From: an uncultured Bacilli bacterium
GTDB lineage: Bacteria; Bacillota_I; Bacilli_A; ML615J-28; CAG-313
Reading direction: 5' to 3'
Assembly (NCBI GenBank): GCA_947627685.1
Contig: CANQWZ010000002.1
Coordinates: 1 to 46,020 of the forward strand
Length of the DNA: 46,020 nucleotides
Part shown: piece by piece, positions 8,701 to 15,201 of the stretch
Layout of the letters: the number at the start of each line of letters is the position of its first letter
How positions within the stretch are numbered: the stretch's first letter is position 1
The notes under the pieces: generated by a model
What the model was told of the DNA's origin: nothing
Databases searched by the model: none
What the model saw: the letters and a program-made list of their open reading frames with translations, nothing else
Translations under genes and position numbers: made by a program

Positions 8701-9944
8701 CCATTTTCATCAATGCTAATATATGCCTTGTGACTATCACCATTACCATTAGAAACTGACCAAAGTTCAACACCATAACGTGTACCATAATATGCAGGTA
8801 ATTTTTCCCATTTTGCATAGATATCTACATTATTATCTTCTGGTGTAACTTCGATACTTTCTGATAAAATTTGTTCAAAATCTGCATCAAGGTACCAACC
8901 TCTAAATACTTCAAAAGCATCTAGATCAATACCGTATTTAGGTAAATATTCACCAATAACATCACCTTCACCTAAAACTAAGACGTCTTTATCACCATCT
9001 TTAACACCATGTAACTTAATTACTACTTTAACTTTCCATAAAGCATAAAGGGTTACATCTTCGGTTGGAACAAATGGTTCTTCAACTGGTTCTTGGCAAT
9101 CTTCATCATAGAACCAACCCTTAAAGGCATATTCATCATTTTCAGGATTAGGTAATTTATATTCAATATTTTTATTAACAGATGCATCTTCAACCTCAGC
9201 ATATTCACCTGAATCAAAAGTAATTGTAACTAAAGGTTTAACATATGTATATGTCATAGCCAATGTATCTAGTGTTATTTCGAAATATTCATTTTCAACA
9301 TAAGCACCTAAAGTAAAGCCTTCTTCTGCTATTTCATATGTTCCTTCTTTACCATCAAATAGTAGGCCACCAAAACCATTAACAACTAATGTTTTTTCAC
9401 CTGTATATGTTCCGTAAAATTCATCAAGAACTACTAATTTTTCAGCTTTTTCACTAAAGCCATATGATGCGATTTGCTTACCATCTTTGTCTGTAACAAA
9501 TACATATTTTGCATTCCAACATTCATTTGCTTCAATATCAGCGCCAGTTTCATCTTTAAATGATACACCGAAATATACTCTTTCATCAGTAACAAAAATA
9601 GTATAAGTTGTATCATTAGCAGGATAACTAATTGCAATAGCGTTATCCCAACTTGATGCAGTAACACCAACACTATCATCTACTACACCAAATGTTGTAA
9701 GTACAAGTACATCGCGCCATTGATGGTTTATCATACGTTGCATAACGATAATACCACTTTCAAAATCAATAAAAGCTGGATACTTAGTGCCTTTTAAATC
9801 TATTTCCATTTCACCTGTTACAGGATTGATAATTGTACAACTAATTTCACCATTAAATGGATAAGCACTTCCTGTACCTTTACCTTCTGCATCAAGAGTA
9901 ACTGTTGCATTTTTCCATGAAAAAGTTGGTGTTACTTTCCGTTT
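5763..9944 (-). CDS. Body of a split ~1,590-aa modular surface lipoprotein (3.5 large beta-rich modules plus 6 Listeria-Bacteroides/Flg_new repeats); it has no SD or signal peptide of its own
   Basis: The ORF track calls 5763-9809 from an internal Met, but the frame is open up to 9944. The extra 45 codons (KRKVTPTFSWKNATVTLDAEGKGTGSAYPFNGEISCTIINPVTGE-MEIDLKG...) are homologous to an internal repeat (..HTSYPFNGSADVKMYVKDYDPKTGKFVLEVSS..GYIDAETGIMIL). There are six copies of the ..(Y/F).F.GW(Y/F).D........T.Y(A/C)KW motif. Confidence 0.8.
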   Translation of the reverse strand, partial: KRKVTPTFSWKNATVTLDAEGKGTGSAYPFNGEISCTIINPVTGEMEIDLKGTKYPAFIDFESGIIVMQRMINHQWRDVLVLTTFGVVDDSVGVTASSWDNAIAISYPANDTTYTIFVTDERVYFGVSFKDETGADIEANECWNAKYVFVTDKDGKQIASYGFSEKAEKLVVLDEFYGTYTGEKTLVVNGFGGLLFDGKEGTYEIAEEGFTLGAYVENEYFEITLDTLAMTYTYVKPLVTITFDSGEYAEVEDASVNKNIEYKLPNPENDEYAFKGWFYDEDCQEPVEEPFVPTEDVTLYALWKVKVVIKLHGVKDGDKDVLVLGEGDVIGEYLPKYGIDLDAFEVFRGWYLDADFEQILSESIEVTPEDNNVDIYAKWEKLPAYYGTRYGVELWSVSNGNGDSHKAYISIDENGNITGKWTGKVTKYENGVITWNDSSNRERKFYFDEESGILMTHYSTDLDIGTDFYVFSKYQTETSFKVKEFVGIGCVINPTTGDKVPANNYYLHFIVLNTEDGDLTIVRYGNNIYSAVKMTDTSGNELDTIAEIKASKTVVITNTKTNEKIIAFGTAKASLSNGDAVVLDDVYGTYTKDNDTIVLDGMGNITYQSKSGTYTKSSNDEYDFDVYLEDETEYYRLTLTGDHSFEMELYMVTVTFENGEHHDPMDPQEYNANVSHTLPNVDQIGKLDDKGYIFNGWFFDQAYQQPVPNEYTPTADITIYAKYSLPARLTIVYNNGEENGEEIYSVGDKAVLKEEDLIPTFAKHIFVGWYTTNDYQEGTEWESGTVINTDTTIYAKWENGPVYNNDYDGATSFGLKNDAVTGESNTSYSANSKLNIDPYGVAPHTSYPFNGSADVKMYVKDYDPKTGKFVLEVSSSTKLQGYIDAETGIMILDKSVSGKPAWSEIWFLTPLEKGDVTSKIVASYWNSNKAIAIQYKYNDTTTYSIFVYNGVVYFGASFKDATGKDIPANECYNVKDSKLVVTDSEGKTIAEFGYDGKQLVELDGYWGTYHNNEDTLVLDGVKKATYLGQEGTYSLAADGSSYTIDLYINNEFFEITINKDDMSYTINKPMVKITYDTDEKAEAPAQEVNKNIPITLPTVSNPEYEFLGWYVDPQFETLVTLGEDGKYLPTESTTLYAKWAKKVTFKVVYGNEMEDVAEEYYVGYTPELVKPEMKNDLVFDGWYTDQDYKTPYVEGTPLEASTTVYCKWKEKSPLLGSYYGFNTYGTSSHNGGWWNDNITVDEYGKMAGDKKGTVEQYDPETGFFILKGTSSEKLCYFDATLGIIVVGENEDDFGTDMYVYVRTDSKPATALGSIFEKGVDRLVCFTANGTTTYIYISGKDIYINVTFKAELADGSEITEMTASKQLENANSVTIYDADGEEIATYAKGVKVEA

Positions 9945-10561
9945 TTATATGGGACATCATCACTACTAGCATCTACATTAAATGATGTATAAGTTTTGTT
10001 CTCATATGGAGCAACTAATCTGTTAAATTCAACTGTAACACTGCCAAATTTACTTTCATATTTATTAAATCCTGCTTGAGTATAATCAGGATTTAATTGA
10101 TCTACTAATTGCCAAACTGAACTATCAGTTAAAGCTAGTACTTCAATTTCGGCTTCTTCTTTACAAACTGTACATTTAGCCTTCGCAAGACCACTGGTAG
10201 TTTCAGTAGGCTCTAAGGTAAGTGTATATTCTTCATAAGTATGCTCTACTAAAGGTAGGCTTACTTCAACAGAACCAAAATCTTCATTACTATATTTTCT
10301 TTTTCCTAAAACCGTACAAGTTGCTTCAGTTTCTTCAACAAGGGTCCAAACATTTTCGTCAGTTAAAACTTCAACTTCGGCTGTTTCTACTTCATCACAT
10401 GAAGTACACTTTCTTTGTTTAGTACCAACTGTATCTTCAGTTGGTGCTAAAGTCATTTCCCACTTTGTCCATGTATGGGTGTGTTCTTCTTTAAGACAAG
10501 CAGTAAGAGTGAATGTGAAAACTATAGCAAGAATAGCTAATAAAAATTTACTTTTTTTCAC
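9932..10561 (-). CDS. N-terminal piece of the same split lipoprotein: signal peptide with lipobox plus two Cys-rich H-x-W modules
   Basis: GTG start at 10561, with AAGGAG about 10 nt upstream. Signal peptide MKKSKFLLAILAIVFTFTLTAC (lipobox LTAC). It ends at TAA 9932-9934, immediately after an A5 run (plus-strand T5 at 9942-9946). The downstream gene continues in the -1 frame. Confidence 0.75.
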   Translation of the reverse strand: MKKSKFLLAILAIVFTFTLTACLKEEHTHTWTKWEMTLAPTEDTVGTKQRKCTSCDEVETAEVEVLTDENVWTLVEETEATCTVLGKRKYSNEDFGSVEVSLPLVEHTYEEYTLTLEPTETTSGLAKAKCTVCKEEAEIEVLALTDSSVWQLVDQLNPDYTQAGFNKYESKFGSVTVEFNRLVAPYENKTYTSFNVDASSDDVPYKNGK

Positions 10562-10581
10562 CTTTTTACTTCTCCTTTATT

Positions 10582-13500
10582 TTAAGCATTAAATTTAGTG
10601 CCTACACTAAAATAACCATGATCATTATTTGTAAGTGTTGTACTAGTACAAGTTATTGTAGACACCGTAAGTACATTATCAATAACAAAAACAAAAGTTA
10701 CATTATTAACATTGATTGTTATTTTATTACCCCTAACTTGATATGTACCTTTAACACCAGTTTTGCTAGCAAAACTTGGGCTATATCTATCTTCTAGACA
10801 AGAATCTTCACCATCATCATGTTCAGGTGATTCTGATTTAATTGTTACTTCACCATTATCACCAAAAATGAAGGTTGTCGTTGCATTATACATATATTGT
10901 GAACAATAGAATGCATATTCAGCTGTAAAGGTCTTACCATTTACTAATGAATTATCTAAAGCAATGTTAACTTCTTCATACGTGAAATGAACGTTATCTA
11001 AGCGGTATACTTTAGTATCAGTACTAAATACAACTGTAACAGTACTACCTACTAAGGTATAAGTACCACTCATTGAACCCATTTTAGCACTGCCAAAGCC
11101 ATCAAGTACTAAGTCATCTTTAGTATCACATTCATAGCTTCCGCGATATGCATCGGCAATACTAAGACCATTTTTAGCATCATTCCATGAGTTAATTTTA
11201 ACATATTTTTTAGGGTCTGTACTTATTTCTAAAATAGCACCTACCACAGTTTTATCAATATCATTTAATGATATAACTTCGACAACTTCGCCCGTAAGCG
11301 TTTCTGATGATGAAACAATGAAGGTTGCCTTGGTACCAACAACAATTAAACGTAAAACAAGTCCATCAGTACCACTAACAAATTTATCACCGGTTGTAAA
11401 GTAATCACTAAAGTTAACAGCACCTGTTGCTTGAACTAAAATTATGTGATCACTTACAAGATGACCTGTCATTTTAACAACACCACCATTTTGACTGGTT
11501 AAATGTGCTATAAAACTCATATCCCCATTTATTTTAATCATACCCTCGTATCTTACATCAGATACTACAAGAGTAACTTGACCATATTTATCAATTGTTA
11601 AGTTGTTATCTTTATAAATAACACCCTCACCATAGCTATCAACTACAGGATTATTTTCATATATATTGTTTAATACTTGAATTGCATATGTGGAAATAAC
11701 TTCTTCGCCTGCTACGGTTATTTTAATAGTAAATTGATAGAAACCTTCCTTACCAAATTGGACAGTATTACAAATTATGCAATTTACTTTTTCTTCATAT
11801 GACATTTCACCATCTTTAGTGATGATTTGAATGTTTCTAAAGAATTCTGGTTTAGCAATAGCATCAGTACCTTTACCAATTTTTAAGGATTTAATTCTAA
11901 CAATAGCACCATCAGTAATATCGATATTTTCTAATCTAATATCTTTTAAAGTATCATCATTTAAGTCTTTAACTGTTAAGACATTTAATAATGCATCAAT
12001 ATATAAACTACCTGTATCTCCATAAGCAAAGGTTGGTTTAGTATTATGATATTTGATAGTAACATAATTATCAACAACATCATAGGTAAATGGCGTTGTA
12101 TAATAACTTTTAGTATTAAAATTAATAACACCACTACCATAGCCATCCATAAAAATCATCATATCAGCACCAATATATTTTCCGTAATATTTATCACGTG
12201 GTATATATTCAAAAGTTTTTAGGGTAGGATTAACGATAAATTTGTATGAGTAAGCTTCATCGTTACCAAAGCCATATAGGAAAATAGTATTAGTAGCATA
12301 ATCAATACCACCATTTTCTAAACCACTTACATCTGAACTTGATATATCAAAAATAAGTTTACCTTCAATATAAAGATAGAAAGCTTGATATTGATTAGTG
12401 ATGAGTTGAGCTTTTTTGCCATCGATTTCCCCATCAAAAGTCATATTGATATATTGTCTATCTTCGTCTGCTTGAGCCTTATCTATTTTACCAATATTTT
12501 CCGATGCCATTGTAAATTTATATACTTCATTATCAAATGTTAAAGACGATGAAATACCTGTTTCCATTTTAAAGTCACTAGCAAATTTTACTTCACCAAA
12601 TGTTATAACATATCTTGTATCAGAACTAGTTTTTTCAACTAGGTTTGTTTTCATTCCATATACAAATTTAGTATTATCAATATTAGATGTTAAATAGAAA
12701 ATATCAATTGAATAACAATTTATTGCGTTTTGTAAAACATAACTACTAGTAGAGTTGATTACAACTTTACTATCAATTGTCCACATTTTTTCACTGAAAT
12801 ATACTAGTGGTCTTTTATCATTATGAAATTGTAATCTTATTGAATTATCAGGATCTAAAGTAATGATACCATTTTCAATATGTAATGTATATTGATTACT
12901 GCGATATTGTACTAATAAAGTATTTTCATCAATACCATCAATAATTGTTAAGGCAACATTATTAAAAGTTATCGAACCATCTTCAGCAATTATTAAATCA
13001 CCATATGATGTAACTTGTTCACTATCTACAAGAGCTAGGCTATATATTTCAGGATCGTAATACTCACCATAGTCTTCATCATCGGTATCGTCATCTTCTT
13101 TTGGTGGAATAGTTGTAAAATCAGTATGATATACACCCTTTATTGCTTCATCATATACAACAATTCTAGCTGTCTTTTCAAGTCCCATGTAACTTATGGT
13201 TATATAATAAATGCCAGGTGTGAATGGATCAAACTTACCACTAATCATATCAGCGGTTACTTCTACTTCTTCGCCATTTGATGTGATGGCAAATAAATCT
13301 TTTGTATAAATTGTATCACCAGTAAAAATGATAGTATTATTTACATCAATAACAATATCTGATTCAATTATTAAATTATATTCTACTAAAACGGGATCTT
13401 CATTAACACCATTAACATAAATTTCAATCGACACTTTTTGCATGCCAACAAAATTAAAATTAATTGGTTCGGAAACAACTTTAGCATAACAACTCATGAG

Positions 13501-15189
13501 GCTAACGTAATCTTTATTATCAGTTAAAACTTGGTTAACACCATTAATAAAAACAATTACGTTATCAAAAACATTATATTTGGTAGTACCATTAGGTAAT
13601 CTTACTTCATCTTTTTGCAATCTGATTGAATATTGATTAGCAACTACTTTATAAGTTATTGTTTTGTCATAATAAACAAATTGTGCACCAGACATACCAA
13701 AGGTTTTATCATTATATGGTATGTGTAAGGTAACAGCGTATTCACCAACTTCATTAAAATTAACTTCGTTTAATAAAATATAGGCTTCTGGTATACTATC
13801 AAAAACAACACCATTGATAATTACCTTAAAGTCACTAGCAAAATCATATTCATCTTGTTTAGTGCCTTTAGCAATGATTATAACATCACCATGAGGTGTT
13901 TCAATACTAACACCTTTTCTAATTTCAACCGTTGCGGATTTCGTAATACCTTTATAAGTTATCGTAATAGTATTAATACCTTCATGAGCGTAATCAATAC
14001 TACCTTCTATCATATCATATGTTACTTCAATTTCATTACTACCTTTTGTAATAGTAAATAATGTTCTTAAATCAATATGTTCACTATTAGGATAAATTAC
14101 TATATCTTTAGCATTTATTATTATTGCATCAGCAGTTACAACATTAATAGTTATTTCTTCAGTTTTAATTGCTTGTTCAATTTGATAAGTTAAACTAATC
14201 TTATAACTTTTACCCGCTGTAGCATTATTAAGAGCGGTAGTATCAATCATTTGGCTTGTAACTTTAATAGCTTTACCATCAACATAAAGCATGAATAAGG
14301 AAGCATAGTCATATGTTGCAACCTCATCAGTACCAATGGTAATTTCTTGATAAGCTTTAACAATTTCAATTGTATGGTCATTAGTTACTTTTACTGTTAG
14401 TACTTTTTTGACATCCTTAATACTAACGGTATAAGTATATGTACCTACTGTACTTACAACTTTATTCTCAATCATATCATCAGTTATTGGTGATACTTCA
14501 CCATCAATTTTAAAAGTGAATAAAGCTTTAAAATCGTAAGTTGCAACTAAAGATTTATTAATTGTTATTTCACTAACTTTTAATTCAATTTCATATGTAG
14601 TAGCTAAAACTTCAATATTAACTTTAGCAGTATGTCCTTCATATGTGCAGATTAATTCATTATTACCTACGACAAAGTTATTAGTATTTAAATATTCATC
14701 TTTAACTTCTACAGTATTACCATTTAAAGTTATACTAAAGAGCGCTTTAAAGTTATAGGTTGCAACTTCTCTTTCTTTAAGGGTTACTTTTTCTTGTAAC
14801 GCTTTTACACTAATTACATCTTCTACTGGATCGGCGATAACTGTAACCTTTAAAGTTTTAGATAAATTATTAATTGATACAGTGTATGTATAATTACCTA
14901 CTGCAGCAACGACATTATTAGTTATTAAAATATCATCAATTGCTATAACATCACCATTTAATTTTAAAGTAAATAAGGCTTTAAAATCGTAAGTTGCAAC
15001 TTCAGAAACTTTAAGCGTTATTTCGGTTTGTTTTAAATCGAGGGTGTATTCTTTAGTTGTAACTACTGGTGGCTTATCATCATTAGGATTTGGTGGTGTA
15101 GGAGGTGTTTTTTGGCATGACTTACAACCTGTTGCAAGTATTAATGTAAGTATCAATGCTAAGAGGAAACTAAATCTTCTTTTTTTCAT
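10582..15189 (-). CDS. 1,535-aa surface lipoprotein: proline-rich linker, about 8 tandem Ig-like modules, then a ~850-aa beta-rich region
   Basis: SD AAGAGG. Signal peptide MKKRRFSFLLALILTLILATGC, then QKTPPTPPNPNDDKPPV. Repeated ~70-80-aa modules (EVATYDFKALFTLKLNGDVIAIDD....VGNYTYTVSI......LKVTVI and variants) span aa 47-680. The C-terminal part carries L.LDG.G.......GTY.. modules shared with the 5763-9944 product. Confidence 0.8.
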   Translation of the reverse strand: MKKRRFSFLLALILTLILATGCKSCQKTPPTPPNPNDDKPPVVTTKEYTLDLKQTEITLKVSEVATYDFKALFTLKLNGDVIAIDDILITNNVVAAVGNYTYTVSINNLSKTLKVTVIADPVEDVISVKALQEKVTLKEREVATYNFKALFSITLNGNTVEVKDEYLNTNNFVVGNNELICTYEGHTAKVNIEVLATTYEIELKVSEITINKSLVATYDFKALFTFKIDGEVSPITDDMIENKVVSTVGTYTYTVSIKDVKKVLTVKVTNDHTIEIVKAYQEITIGTDEVATYDYASLFMLYVDGKAIKVTSQMIDTTALNNATAGKSYKISLTYQIEQAIKTEEITINVVTADAIIINAKDIVIYPNSEHIDLRTLFTITKGSNEIEVTYDMIEGSIDYAHEGINTITITYKGITKSATVEIRKGVSIETPHGDVIIIAKGTKQDEYDFASDFKVIINGVVFDSIPEAYILLNEVNFNEVGEYAVTLHIPYNDKTFGMSGAQFVYYDKTITYKVVANQYSIRLQKDEVRLPNGTTKYNVFDNVIVFINGVNQVLTDNKDYVSLMSCYAKVVSEPINFNFVGMQKVSIEIYVNGVNEDPVLVEYNLIIESDIVIDVNNTIIFTGDTIYTKDLFAITSNGEEVEVTADMISGKFDPFTPGIYYITISYMGLEKTARIVVYDEAIKGVYHTDFTTIPPKEDDDTDDEDYGEYYDPEIYSLALVDSEQVTSYGDLIIAEDGSITFNNVALTIIDGIDENTLLVQYRSNQYTLHIENGIITLDPDNSIRLQFHNDKRPLVYFSEKMWTIDSKVVINSTSSYVLQNAINCYSIDIFYLTSNIDNTKFVYGMKTNLVEKTSSDTRYVITFGEVKFASDFKMETGISSSLTFDNEVYKFTMASENIGKIDKAQADEDRQYINMTFDGEIDGKKAQLITNQYQAFYLYIEGKLIFDISSSDVSGLENGGIDYATNTIFLYGFGNDEAYSYKFIVNPTLKTFEYIPRDKYYGKYIGADMMIFMDGYGSGVINFNTKSYYTTPFTYDVVDNYVTIKYHNTKPTFAYGDTGSLYIDALLNVLTVKDLNDDTLKDIRLENIDITDGAIVRIKSLKIGKGTDAIAKPEFFRNIQIITKDGEMSYEEKVNCIICNTVQFGKEGFYQFTIKITVAGEEVISTYAIQVLNNIYENNPVVDSYGEGVIYKDNNLTIDKYGQVTLVVSDVRYEGMIKINGDMSFIAHLTSQNGGVVKMTGHLVSDHIILVQATGAVNFSDYFTTGDKFVSGTDGLVLRLIVVGTKATFIVSSSETLTGEVVEVISLNDIDKTVVGAILEISTDPKKYVKINSWNDAKNGLSIADAYRGSYECDTKDDLVLDGFGSAKMGSMSGTYTLVGSTVTVVFSTDTKVYRLDNVHFTYEEVNIALDNSLVNGKTFTAEYAFYCSQYMYNATTTFIFGDNGEVTIKSESPEHDDGEDSCLEDRYSPSFASKTGVKGTYQVRGNKITINVNNVTFVFVIDNVLTVSTITCTSTTLTNNDHGYFSVGTKFNA

Positions 15190-15201
15190 AATTTTTACCT
15201 C

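Noticed and set aside
9434-9679. Minus-strand alternative-frame ORFs 9434-9679 and 33868-34116
   Set aside because: They are out-of-frame overlaps inside the modular lipoprotein gene and oppA. They have hydrophobic low-complexity translations and no SD.
9935-9947. Programmed -1 ribosomal frameshifting at T-AAA-AAC joining the two halves of the split lipoprotein gene
   Set aside because: The required shift is indeed -1, and AAA-AAC is slippery-like. However the heptamer is not a full X-XXY-YYZ (a T precedes it), I see no convincing downstream stem-loop or upstream SD-like stimulator, and a simple A6-to-A5 indel explains the data. I kept it only as a minor alternative within the frameshift finding.
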